From: Cyanobacteriota bacterium
GTDB taxonomy: Bacteria > Cyanobacteriota > Cyanobacteriia > PCC-6307 > Cyanobiaceae
NCBI GenBank assembly: GCA_046309395.1
Contig: JBKCPG010000120.1
Coordinates: forward strand, 10-64,009
DNA length: 64,000 nt
Reading direction: 5' to 3'
Positions 38,338 through 47,710 of this stretch are shown in pieces. The translations under genes were made by a program, and so were the position numbers. Every line of letters begins with the position of its first letter. The stretch's first letter is position 1. A model generated the notes under the pieces. That model was not told the DNA's origin, did not search any database, and was given only the letters and a program-made list of their open reading frames with translations.

Positions 38338-40526
38338 CGGGAGGAGGCCTCCTTTGGCTGAGAGTGCTCCCCATCGCTTGGGTGTTCAACCACCCCTTCC
38401 ACCTCCCAGATGGGGATCTCTCCATGGCCCTTGATGGGGATGGCCAGGAGAGGCCTGAAGCGATAGAGCCCACGCAAGGCCTCGGCGATGGGTGCGGAGA
38501 CCTGGATCACGTTGCGCTTCGGGGATTCGTGAACGCCGCGGGCGATGTTGATGGTTTGGCCCCAGATGTCGAAGGAGAGCCGTTCGCCACTCATCACGCC
38601 GGTGGTGAGGGGGCCCGCGTGGACACCAATGTCGAGACTGATGTTCACGCCGTGGGCCTGATTGAAGCGCTTCATCAGCCCCAGCATGGCCAATGCGCAA
38701 TCCACAGCCCGCTTCTCATGGTCGATGCGGGGACGGGATAGGCCACTGACGGCGAGGTAAGACGAGCCCACATCCTGTAGTTTTTCCACATCAAATCGTT
38801 CCGCGCAGTCATCCAGGGCGCTGGTGAGTTCATTGAGCAAGGCGATGGATTCCTCCACGGGACGGTTTTGGGCCAGGTCATTCCACCCCTCAATTTCCGC
38901 GAAAAGCACGGAAACGCTGGGATGGGTTTCGGCGATGGCCGAGGCCCCCTGTTTCATGCGGGAGGCCGCGCTGCCAGGCAGGATGCTCCGCAGCAACCTG
39001 TCGTTTTCCTCCACCTGATGCCTCAGGGTGTCTTCCCTCTCCCCGAGCTTGTCGGACATGGTGTTGAAGGCCGTGGCGAGATCGCCGAATTCGTCATCGG
39101 CCGCCACGGGGATTTGGATTTGGTAATCGCCTGAGCCGATCTTCTCGGTGGCATCCAGAAGGCGCCGGATCGGCCGAATGAAGGCCCGGGCGATCCACAG
39201 CGTCAAGAAAGTGAGGGCGGGGATCAAAACGGCCGCGAGGAGGAGAAGGTCGCGGGCCAGGCGGCGGATGCCGCTGAACAACTCGGCTTGATTGATCTTG
39301 GCGATCAAGCCCCACTCAAAAGGGCCAAAGCGAATGGGTTGATAGGAGGCGACAGAGGGAACCCCCTTGTAATCGGTGTAGTGGATCGTGCCGGTACGTC
39401 CCGCCAGGGAATTGGCTGCGGCCTGGGTTTTGACGGGCTGCACCAACACTGGCGTGCCGGTTCTTCGGATCTCCTCGATCTTTTTTTCAGAGAGCCCGTT
39501 TCTTTTGGCAATCTCTAGATATTGTTTTGGGTTTTCAAGAAATGTTCTGGGTGAGGAACGGAAGAGGCTGTCTTCTCCCACAAGGAAAGTTTCGCCGCTG
39601 AGTCCCATTCCCACCTCTTTCCATCTGCGATTCGCTGTCATCAAATTGTCGATTTTCTCGTTGCTGAGCTGGAAGATCAAGGCCCCCACAAATTCTTCAC
39701 CATCGAACACGGTTGTTCCCACAAACATTGTGGGCTTGCCAAAGCTAGGCTTGTATTGTTCGAAGTCGCTGAAAGTAATAAAGAAGGGATCTTTCGACTT
39801 TTTCACCTCCCGAAACACTTTGGCCTCGGCCGACTCCGCATAGGGGCCGGTGAGAAGATTCGTCCCCAGGTCGTCTTCTTTGCTAATATTGTAAACAACA
39901 TTGCCGGTTTTGATGTCGACGAACACGATGTCTTGATAGCCAAACAGCTCAGCCAGGCGTGAAAAGCGGCGGTGGTATTCCTTGTGCACGCCGCTCCAGG
40001 TGCTGCCGTCGTTGGCGTCCTCCGCCGCCCTCCGTATTGTGCTTGCGTTGGCGGTAGGCTCTTTGCTTCCGCCACCTGTGTTCTTCACATTGTAATGGTA
40101 TTTGAGATAGCGCTCTGCTGAGCGCTCGGGAATGTATGTGGCGGCCTTTGGTTCGCCAGGCATCTTTTGCCTGAGTTTGGGAATAAAGTCGGTTTCGTAG
40201 TACCTCTTCAGCTGGCCTAGCTGGGTTTCGTTGATCGCGGGGAGTTGGTTGTAGGCCTGGGTGAAACGCTTGATGCCGTCAATTGTCATGCGCGTCTCAG
40301 ACAGGGTCATCACATGATCTGAGAGCTGCTCCACATAATCTTTGACCCCTTCCGCCCGCGCGTTGCGCAAGGTGTTGAGCCGTTGGTAGCCCGCATCCGC
40401 CAGCAGGTGTCGCGCCACGCCAAAACTCAGCAGCCCGGTCAACAGCAAGCTCACCAGGCTGGCCGTGAGCACCAGGCTGACCAGCTTGGATTGCACCCCA
40501 AAATTTCGCCAAAATCTTCTCAGCAT
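38334..40526 (-). CDS. Membrane sensor-HAMP-class III nucleotide cyclase-like protein (catalytically degenerate), paralog B
   Basis: Same architecture as paralog A and clearly similar along its length (FGVQSKL, KEDDLGTNLLTGPYA, KDPFFITFSDF). Confidence 0.88.
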   Translation of the reverse strand: MLRRFWRNFGVQSKLVSLVLTASLVSLLLTGLLSFGVARHLLADAGYQRLNTLRNARAEGVKDYVEQLSDHVMTLSETRMTIDGIKRFTQAYNQLPAINETQLGQLKRYYETDFIPKLRQKMPGEPKAATYIPERSAERYLKYHYNVKNTGGGSKEPTANASTIRRAAEDANDGSTWSGVHKEYHRRFSRLAELFGYQDIVFVDIKTGNVVYNISKEDDLGTNLLTGPYAESAEAKVFREVKKSKDPFFITFSDFEQYKPSFGKPTMFVGTTVFDGEEFVGALIFQLSNEKIDNLMTANRRWKEVGMGLSGETFLVGEDSLFRSSPRTFLENPKQYLEIAKRNGLSEKKIEEIRRTGTPVLVQPVKTQAAANSLAGRTGTIHYTDYKGVPSVASYQPIRFGPFEWGLIAKINQAELFSGIRRLARDLLLLAAVLIPALTFLTLWIARAFIRPIRRLLDATEKIGSGDYQIQIPVAADDEFGDLATAFNTMSDKLGEREDTLRHQVEENDRLLRSILPGSAASRMKQGASAIAETHPSVSVLFAEIEGWNDLAQNRPVEESIALLNELTSALDDCAERFDVEKLQDVGSSYLAVSGLSRPRIDHEKRAVDCALAMLGLMKRFNQAHGVNISLDIGVHAGPLTTGVMSGERLSFDIWGQTINIARGVHESPKRNVIQVSAPIAEALRGLYRFRPLLAIPIKGHGEIPIWEVEGVVEHPSDGEHSQPKEASSR

Positions 40527-40657
40527 GTGGTGCGTCGGCTGGGGAATTCCCGTGCATCACAGAGTGTGGCCCGACGGGCTTCCCTCTGGTGGTTGTCTAA
40601 AAAGAAATGCACAAACCCGTCGGGCTCCCGTTCCCGGGAGGGAGCCCTGGCCAGCGC

Positions 40658-41455
40658 CTAGTCGACGGCGTGGGCGTGGCGGCGGAAGAGAAAGTCCATG
40701 GCGTGGTTCCGGAGTTGGCCGTACCGGGGATCCTCTTGGATCGCCTCGTACACTCGTGGCCGAGGGAAGGGCACCTCCAGGATCTCACCGATGGTGGCGG
40801 CAGGTCCGTTGGTCATCATCACGATCCGATCCGCCAGGAAGAGGGCTTCATCGATGTCGTGGGTGATCATCAGCACGGTGGGCTTTCGCTCCCGCCAGAT
40901 CGCCAGCAATTCTTCCTGGAGCTCCTCCTTGGTGATGGCATCGAGGGCCCCGAAGGGCTCATCCAGCACGAGCACGGCGGGCTGTACAGCCAGGGCCCGG
41001 GCAATGGCCACCCGTTGCTTCATGCCCCCGGAAATCTGCCCCGGGCGCTTCTCGGCCGCATCCGTGAGGTGCACCATCTCCAGGTGGTGGTTCACCACCT
41101 GGCGCCGCCGCGACCCATCCAGCTCCGGCCGGGCCGCCTTCACGGCCAGCTCCACGTTTTGGCGCACCGTTTGCCAGGGAAGCAGGGAGTAGTTCTGAAA
41201 CACCACCATGCGATCGGGGCCGGGTTTTTCGATCGGCCGCCCTTCCAGGGTGACCCGTCCGCTGCTGGGCTCCAAAAAGCCGCTCACCATGTTGAGCAGG
41301 GTGCTCTTGCCACAGCCGGAGTGGCCAATCACGCAGACGAACTCCCCCTGGCCCACCCGCAAGTTGACATCCCGCAGGGCTTCATAGCCCCCCCGTCGGG
41401 TGTGAAACACTTGGCCGACGTCGGCGAATTCCAGAAACGCCTGGCTACCGCTCAT
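40658..41455 (-). CDS. nrtD: Nitrate/nitrite ABC transporter ATPase
   Basis: GHSGCGKST, ISGGMKQR, LDEPFGALD; start at MSGSQAFLEF. Confidence 0.9.
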   Translation of the reverse strand: MSGSQAFLEFADVGQVFHTRRGGYEALRDVNLRVGQGEFVCVIGHSGCGKSTLLNMVSGFLEPSSGRVTLEGRPIEKPGPDRMVVFQNYSLLPWQTVRQNVELAVKAARPELDGSRRRQVVNHHLEMVHLTDAAEKRPGQISGGMKQRVAIARALAVQPAVLVLDEPFGALDAITKEELQEELLAIWRERKPTVLMITHDIDEALFLADRIVMMTNGPAATIGEILEVPFPRPRVYEAIQEDPRYGQLRNHAMDFLFRRHAHAVD

Positions 41456-41456
41456 C

Positions 41457-43502
41457 TCAATCGCTCCCGGTGGAAGAAAGGGACACCGACTCCCGGGTCC
41501 GGGGATAGGCCACCAGCGCCACGGGGGGCTCGGGGGCGCCGGGCAGGGCCCGCAGGTAAGCCAGGGGATCATCCTGGTGGAAGGGGATTCCGTCGGCCAG
41601 GGCGAAGGGGCGCCGATCTGGCCGCAGCACGGGATAACCCGCCGCTTCCAGGGCGCGGTCGCAAAGGTCGGGCCGGTACACCTGGGACAGGATCTCCAGC
41701 CGATTGCTCGGGAAGGGACACCATCCCCAGCGGCTGAACTGGCTCAGGATCCAGGCCCCCTCGGCCCGGTTGGGAATGTGAGCCCGATCGGTGTGGTAGC
41801 GGTTGAAGGCCAACAGCTGCCGGGGCGGGTCTCCCGTGCCGGTGTCGAATTGGCGGCCCAGGGCGATGGCGGCCCGGGTGCCGAGCCACTGGGGTTGGCT
41901 GAGCACCCGCGTGAGCTCTGGACGTTTGGCCCCGTCATCACAGCGTTCCGCCGCCCGCATCAGGCCCACGCAGAGGGCCTCCAGGGCGTCGCCATGGCGT
42001 TCAGCCCAGTTTTCGGAGCAGGTGAGCACCTTCTCCGGATGGCCGCTCCAGATGTCCAGGTCGGTGGCCAGCACAAAGCCTTGCCTGTCCTCCACCGCTT
42101 CGGCCACCCGGTAGCGGCCGGCGATGAAGCTGTCGATTCGTTCGCCCCGCAGGGCGCCATGCATCGCCAGGGGGGAGAGGGCCACAAAGGTCGCCCGCTC
42201 CTCCGGATCCAGGCCTCCCGCGGCCAGCCAATGCCGCAGGAGCAGTTCAGCGATGCCGTGGCGCTGGGGCACGCCGATCCGCAATCGCTCGCCGCGCCCC
42301 CTGAGGTACCGACTGAGGCTCTCGCGATCCCTCACCCCCTCGCTGAGCAAGGAGCGGGCCAGGCAGAGGGCATTGCCGTTGCGGCTCACGGTCATGGGCG
42401 TGATGGCGGGCCAAGGCCCCTGTCCATTGAGCCCAAGGGCGAGGGCAAGAGGGGTGGTGGCGGCCGTGATGGCTCCATCCAGCTCCCCGCTCACGAGTTT
42501 CTCCTCAAGCCGCTCCCAGCTGGCGAAGGTCACCGGAACCACCTCCAGCCGGCTGGTGTCGAAAAGGTTGTCGGCCAGTGCCAGGGCCAGCGGCGCGATG
42601 TCCAGCCCCGGGATAACCCCCAACCGCACCGTGGTGGCCCCGCTGGTCCGCGCAGGCCCAGTGAGGACAGGGGGGGCGGACGAGCGGGCCATGTCCTTCT
42701 CCCGCTCAGCCCGTCGCTGGCGCAGCCGCCTCTGTTGCTGCAGGAATCCGATGAGCTCCGTGCGGAGCTGGTAATAGGTGGGGTGGTCCATCACCTCAAG
42801 CCGATGGCGAGGACGGGGGATGGGTACCTCCAGGATTTGGCCGATCTGGGCTTCCGGGCCGTTGGTGAGCATCACCACCCGATCCGAGAGCAGCAGGGCC
42901 TCATCCACATCATGGGTCACCATCACCGTGGTCACCCCCGACTCCTGACAAATGCCCATCAGCTGTTCCTGCAGGTTGCCGCGGGTGAGGGCATCGAGGG
43001 CGCCGAAGGGCTCGTCCAGCAGCAGCAGGCGGGGCCGGATGGCGAGGGCGCGGGCGATGGCCACCCGCTGCTTCATCCCCCCGGACAACTCACTGGGCAG
43101 CTTGTCGGCCGCTGGACCCAAACCCACCATGGCGATGGCTTGATCCACGGTGGCCCGCCGCTCGGAGGCACTTTTATGACCCATCACCCGGTTCACCGCC
43201 AGGGCGATGTTTTGGCGCACGTTCTGCCAGGGCAGCAGGGAATAGTTCTGGAACACCACCATGCGATCCGGCCCCGGTTCCGTGACCTCGCGCCCATCCA
43301 TCAAGATGCCGCCGCCGCTGGCCTGGGTCAGGCCCGCCATCAAGTTGAGCAGGGTGCTCTTGCCACAACCGGAGTGGCCGATCAAGGAGACAAATTCGCC
43401 CTCTGCGATTTCCAGGTCGATATCCTTGAGGGCCACATAGCGGCCACCGTCCACCAAGGGAAACACCTGGGTGACATCGTCAACCGTGAGGAACGCCGCC
43501 AT
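41457..43502 (-). CDS. nrtC: Nitrate/nitrite ABC transporter ATPase with C-terminal regulatory domain
   Basis: ATPase domain plus NrtA-like C-terminal domain (SRNGNAL, HPEKVL); start at MAAFLTVDD. Confidence 0.92.
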   Translation of the reverse strand: MAAFLTVDDVTQVFPLVDGGRYVALKDIDLEIAEGEFVSLIGHSGCGKSTLLNLMAGLTQASGGGILMDGREVTEPGPDRMVVFQNYSLLPWQNVRQNIALAVNRVMGHKSASERRATVDQAIAMVGLGPAADKLPSELSGGMKQRVAIARALAIRPRLLLLDEPFGALDALTRGNLQEQLMGICQESGVTTVMVTHDVDEALLLSDRVVMLTNGPEAQIGQILEVPIPRPRHRLEVMDHPTYYQLRTELIGFLQQQRRLRQRRAEREKDMARSSAPPVLTGPARTSGATTVRLGVIPGLDIAPLALALADNLFDTSRLEVVPVTFASWERLEEKLVSGELDGAITAATTPLALALGLNGQGPWPAITPMTVSRNGNALCLARSLLSEGVRDRESLSRYLRGRGERLRIGVPQRHGIAELLLRHWLAAGGLDPEERATFVALSPLAMHGALRGERIDSFIAGRYRVAEAVEDRQGFVLATDLDIWSGHPEKVLTCSENWAERHGDALEALCVGLMRAAERCDDGAKRPELTRVLSQPQWLGTRAAIALGRQFDTGTGDPPRQLLAFNRYHTDRAHIPNRAEGAWILSQFSRWGWCPFPSNRLEILSQVYRPDLCDRALEAAGYPVLRPDRRPFALADGIPFHQDDPLAYLRALPGAPEPPVALVAYPRTRESVSLSSTGSD

Positions 43503-43503
43503 G

Positions 43504-44346
43504 TCAGTTCGACCCCCGGGCGACTCGGCGACCCACCCAGGCCACCAACCTGTCGAGGGCCAAACCCACCAGACCCACGTAGAGAATCGCCAGGATGATT
43601 TGGCTGGAACTTGAATCCCCACCGGCGTTGTACGCGTCCCAGATGAAGTAGCCAATGCCTCCATCGGCCTTGAGCATCTCGGCGGCCACGATGGCCAGCC
43701 ATGCCAGGCCCACGGCGATCCTCAACCCGGTGAACACATAGGGGACGGTGGCCGGAATCACGATGTTGCGGATGTATTCACCTTTGCGCAGCCGCAACAC
43801 ACGCGCCACGTTGGTGTAGTCCTGGGGAATTTCCCGGATGCCCACGGCCGTGTTGATGATGATCGGCCAGATGGCGGTGATGAAAATCACAAAGATCGCC
43901 GAGATGTTCGCGTCTTGGAACACCATCAGGGAGATCGGGAACCAGGCCAGGGGAGGCACAGTGCGTAGCACCTGAATGATGGGGTCGAGGCCTTTGCCAA
44001 GGAAACGACTCAGGCCCAACAGCCCGCCGATGCTGACGCCCGCCAGGGCGGCCAGGCCATAGCCCAGGGCCACGCGCCGCAGGGAGATCAGGATCTGCCA
44101 ACCCAATCCTTTACTGGTGCCACCGTTGTCAAAAAACGGCTGGCTGATGTAGGGATTCCAGGTGTCAGCCACCACATTGATCGGCCCGGGTAGCCGGGAC
44201 ACCCCCAGCAGCAGGGAGAGGATCTGCCAAACCACCAGAAAGCCGCCGATACAGATGAGGTAAGGCAACAGGAGACGTAGGCCGGGCTGAAGGAAGCCCG
44301 CACGGTTGGCCGCCCGCTGCCGGGCCGCGGGGGAGGTGAGGGCCAT
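43504..44346 (-). CDS. nrtB: Nitrate/nitrite ABC transporter permease
   Basis: KGLGWQILISL, LRTVPPLAW, IWPIIINTA, TGLRIAVGLAWLAIVAAEM. Confidence 0.93.
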   Translation of the reverse strand: MALTSPAARQRAANRAGFLQPGLRLLLPYLICIGGFLVVWQILSLLLGVSRLPGPINVVADTWNPYISQPFFDNGGTSKGLGWQILISLRRVALGYGLAALAGVSIGGLLGLSRFLGKGLDPIIQVLRTVPPLAWFPISLMVFQDANISAIFVIFITAIWPIIINTAVGIREIPQDYTNVARVLRLRKGEYIRNIVIPATVPYVFTGLRIAVGLAWLAIVAAEMLKADGGIGYFIWDAYNAGGDSSSSQIILAILYVGLVGLALDRLVAWVGRRVARGSN

Positions 44347-44348
44347 TG

Positions 44349-45668
44349 TCAGCTCAGGGCCTTGATCTTCAGGCCATCGAGATAGGCCTTGGGATTTTCA
44401 GGGTCGAACACCACGCCGTCGAAAAAGGTTTCCTTCCCGCGGGAATCGCTGGCGGGGATCGCCGCCTTCTGGCCGATGGCCTCGGCCGCCGCCTTCCACA
44501 GGTCGGCCCGATTCACCTTGTTCACCAGGGCATTGATGTCGGTGCTGGCCGGCAGATACCCCCACCGCATGTCTTCCGTCACAAACCAGGCGTCATGGCT
44601 CTTGAACGGGAAGGAGGAGTTTTCCCGCCAGAACCTCATGGCGAAGGGACTGTCTTTCACGACACGGCCATCGCCGTAGTCGACAGTGCCAGCCAACCGG
44701 GGCTTGATGTCGTCAACGTTTGCCTTGATGTACTTGTCTTGGGAAATGATCGCGCACATTTCGTCGAGATTGGCCGGATCGTCGCACCACATCTGAGCCT
44801 CTTGCACCGCCATCAGCAGGGCTAGAGCCGCCTTCGGGTGCTTGTCCACCCAGTCCGCCCGCATCGAGAACGCCTTTTCGGGATGAAACTTCCAGACCTC
44901 CCCAGTTTGGGCGGCGGTGTAGCCAAGTTTTTTGTTCACGAGCCGCTGGTTCCATGGCTCCCCGACGCAGAAGGTGTCCATGGTGCCGGTCTGCATGTTG
45001 GCCACCATCTGGGGCGGCGGGACCACCACCAGATCGGCTTCGTTGTTGGGGTCGATGCCGTTGGCCGCCAGCCAGTAGCGCATCCAGAGGTCGTGAGTGC
45101 CACCGGGAAAGGTGACGGCCGCCTTGAATTTCTTTCCCTTCGCTTTGGCGGCGTCCACCACTTTTCTTAAGCCGGCGGCGTTGTTGATCGTGAGCTTGTC
45201 ACCCAGAAAATCCTTCGACACCGAGAATGCTTGCCCTTGGGTGTTGAGCCGAGCCAGGGTGTACATCGGCAGGGGCTGTTTGCTCTTGGTGATTTTTCCG
45301 GCCGCAAGCAGCAAGGGCATCGGCGACAGGATGTGGGCACCATCAATGCCGCCCTTTTCACTTCCCAGCTCAAGGTTGTCGCGGGTGACGGCCCAGGAGG
45401 TTTGCTTCATCACCTTCACCTCGGGCATCCCGTGCTTGGCGAAGAAGCCCTTCTCCTTGGCGATGATCACCGGAGCGGAGTCGGTGAGGGCAATGAAGCC
45501 CAAGGTGGCGCCCTTCACCTCCGTGTCTCCGGTTCCGGCTCCCGCGGGCACGCTCTCCTTCTTTTCAGCGGTGGCGGGGGGCTTGCCTCCGCAGGCGGCC
45601 AACACCACGCTGCCCACGGCCGTGCTGGCGGCGGTGAGCAGAAAACGGCGACGGGAAAAGGAGGCCAT
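44349..45668 (-). CDS. nrtA: Nitrate/nitrite-binding lipoprotein
   Basis: SRRRFL...LAAC lipobox; GFIALTD, TFPGGTHDLW, CVGEPWN, HPEK. Closely resembles S. elongatus NrtA as I recall it; context near nirA. Confidence 0.93.
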   Translation of the reverse strand: MASFSRRRFLLTAASTAVGSVVLAACGGKPPATAEKKESVPAGAGTGDTEVKGATLGFIALTDSAPVIIAKEKGFFAKHGMPEVKVMKQTSWAVTRDNLELGSEKGGIDGAHILSPMPLLLAAGKITKSKQPLPMYTLARLNTQGQAFSVSKDFLGDKLTINNAAGLRKVVDAAKAKGKKFKAAVTFPGGTHDLWMRYWLAANGIDPNNEADLVVVPPPQMVANMQTGTMDTFCVGEPWNQRLVNKKLGYTAAQTGEVWKFHPEKAFSMRADWVDKHPKAALALLMAVQEAQMWCDDPANLDEMCAIISQDKYIKANVDDIKPRLAGTVDYGDGRVVKDSPFAMRFWRENSSFPFKSHDAWFVTEDMRWGYLPASTDINALVNKVNRADLWKAAAEAIGQKAAIPASDSRGKETFFDGVVFDPENPKAYLDGLKIKALS

Positions 45669-45996
45669 AACCTGGGCTGAATGCTGGGGATGGAGGGTGA
45701 GGGCGTGTCACATCGACGACCACCAGCCAGGCGAAGCCTCCACCGCCGACTCTGGCGGAAAGGACGCGTCGTGGTGGGCGCGTTGAAAACGATCGGGATA
45801 AAAGATCGTTTCCCGCGATGGTGACTGAGCCTTGGAGAGGATCAGAATGGATTTCGGCCACCGGACGATGGGAGAGCGGGCCGGGGCTGAATCGGCGTGC
45901 TCCAATAAAGAAGCGCACTTAAAAATTTGGGTTGGCGCGCAGGCTGACCAACCGCATTACTCAACCATCCGCCCGCCCGGGGCAATGTCGCATCAG

Positions 45997-46509
45997 CTAC
46001 GAAACGGAGGGTTGGGGGGGTGGGGCCAGCAGGCCGAATTCCTCCAGGGCCCTGGGGAGGTTGCGGTGCTCATGCCCAGGGTGGCTCAGCTTGACCAGGG
46101 CGAACCGTTGCAGTTCGTCGAGGGAGTGCCAGGCCTCAGCTCGCGGCGCCAGCCCTAGCTGTCGGCAGGACGCCATCACCGACTCTGGGAGCGACTCCCC
46201 CTGCCGCCAATCGGCTTCGGTCGTGGGATGCAGGGACTGGGCTGGCCCATGGGGCAGGCCGCGGCTGCGCTCCAGCAGCCAGTGGCGCATCCCCCGCAGG
46301 GAGTCCCCATCGTCGGGCCATGCGAGGAGCCGCCGTCGCTCCTCCTCGCTGAGACCGTGCCAATGCGCGAGCTTGAGTTTCACGCCCGCCAGGTCGAGTT
46401 TGCGGCGCACGGCCATCGGCAGGCATCGCAGATCCCCGGCGAAGTCGGCTTCAAAGCGGAACACCCTGCTGGCCTGGCCTCCCGGGGAGGGCTCGGCGGA
46501 CTGATTCAT
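45997..46509 (-). CDS. narM: Nitrate reductase-associated protein
   Basis: FRFEADFAGDLRCLPMAVRRKLDLAGVKLKL.HW, LQRFALVKLSHPGHEHRNLPRALEEF. Confidence 0.82.
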   Translation of the reverse strand: MNQSAEPSPGGQASRVFRFEADFAGDLRCLPMAVRRKLDLAGVKLKLAHWHGLSEEERRRLLAWPDDGDSLRGMRHWLLERSRGLPHGPAQSLHPTTEADWRQGESLPESVMASCRQLGLAPRAEAWHSLDELQRFALVKLSHPGHEHRNLPRALEEFGLLAPPPQPSVS

Positions 46510-47570
46510 GACGCCAACGCCCGCCGCAGGCGTTCGCCGGCTTGGGCCAATAACAGGGCCCGGGCTTGCTCCAAGCCCCCCTGAAGACTGGTGAATCGAT
46601 CGCTCTGCCAGAGAAGGCAGCCCAAGTTCCAGAGCAGGGCCTCGGCCAAGGGTCCCTCCCCCCGCAGGGCCTCCAGGGCGTGCTCCCGCCACCTGTCCAG
46701 GCTTTCCCAGGACACCTCCGGGGCCGTGATGCCATGGTCGCGAGGGTGAAGCAGCAGCCGCTCGGTGTGGTCACCCCGCAGCCGAGCGGCGATGCCCGCC
46801 CGGGTGGTGGGCAGATCGGTGGATCCTTCCAGCCCTTTGATGGTGAGCACGTCGGTCTCACCGTTGGCCCGCAAGGCCTGCCAGGCCCGTTGTTCCGTGG
46901 GGGGGTGGACGAAGCCGCTCACCAGCAGGCGTTCGCCCCGGTGGGGCGTCCAGAGCAATTCCAGGCTGGCCACCGGAGGCCGTTTGCCGATCAGGTCGCG
47001 GGTGCGCACCAATCCTTCCGCGGCGGGAAAATGCAGGGGTTGGTGGGTCAGGGCCAGGTTGTGGTGATCGAGCTTCTGTTGGAGAACCTCCAGGCTCAGC
47101 TCCCGCCACGGGATGCCAAGGGCGAGGAAGAGTTCCGCCAGGGTCACCCCGTACTTCACGGGCATGGGCCCACCGCCGTGCAGCACCACTGGCAGCCCCT
47201 CCGCCGCCAGGGTGAGGGCCACCAGCGGCAACAAGGGGGCGGTGCGGCCGCGACCGTCGTAGGGAACCCCGAAACAGAGGGCCCTCCGACCCGGGGTCGA
47301 GAGGGTGGGTCCTAGGGCCTGGTAGGTGTCGAGCATGCCAGTGAGCTCTTCCGGGGAAGGCCTGCGGATGCGGTGGGCGATCAGAAACGCCCCGATCTGG
47401 GCTGGGTCCAGGGTTCCCGAGAGCATGAGGGCCATGGCCTCGCCCGCCTCTTGACGGCTCAGGCCAGTGCTGGTGTGCTCCCCGCTGCCCACCTTGCCGA
47501 TCAGCTCGCGGAACCGGGCCTGCTGGGGGCCCAACTCCGTCAAGTGTCGCGCCCGTCGATCGGGTGTCAC
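46506..47570 (-). CDS. Anthranilate phosphoribosyltransferase-like (TrpD/YbiB-like) protein of cyanobacterial nir clusters
   Basis: KVGSGEHTS.GL, QIGAFLIAHRI, YDGR, LHGG..MPVKYG, IGKRPP, KGLEGS; GTG start inferred. Confidence 0.85.
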   Translation of the reverse strand: MTPDRRARHLTELGPQQARFRELIGKVGSGEHTSTGLSRQEAGEAMALMLSGTLDPAQIGAFLIAHRIRRPSPEELTGMLDTYQALGPTLSTPGRRALCFGVPYDGRGRTAPLLPLVALTLAAEGLPVVLHGGGPMPVKYGVTLAELFLALGIPWRELSLEVLQQKLDHHNLALTHQPLHFPAAEGLVRTRDLIGKRPPVASLELLWTPHRGERLLVSGFVHPPTEQRAWQALRANGETDVLTIKGLEGSTDLPTTRAGIAARLRGDHTERLLLHPRDHGITAPEVSWESLDRWREHALEALRGEGPLAEALLWNLGCLLWQSDRFTSLQGGLEQARALLLAQAGERLRRALAS

Positions 47571-47602
47571 CTCCGGATCCCCTTCCGCTGGCGCGGTGTT
47601 TT

Positions 47603-47644
47603 GTAGCGGTTGTAACAAGAGAATGGCTTTCCTTGGTGCACATT
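47603..47644 (+). promoter_or_regulatory. NtcA-like box and -10-like hexamer upstream of nirA
   Basis: TGTA-GCGGTTGT-AACA (GTA-N8-AAC at 47603-47616) followed exactly 22 nt later by CACATT. Confidence 0.7.
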
Positions 47645-47710
47645 CTTAACGGAGAGCGGTCAACCGTTGTCGGTCGTCCACCGCGGCGGACTTTTCCACG
47701 CAACCGCTCC

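Noticed and set aside
40569-40625. Guanidine-II (mini-ykkC) riboswitch suggested by the ACGG strings
   Set aside because: ACGR is not closed by a complementary stem on either strand.
44349-45668. cmpA (bicarbonate) or cynA identity for the ABC binding protein
   Set aside because: The sequence follows NrtA as I recall it, and the context (narM, nirA) supports nitrate/nitrite transport.
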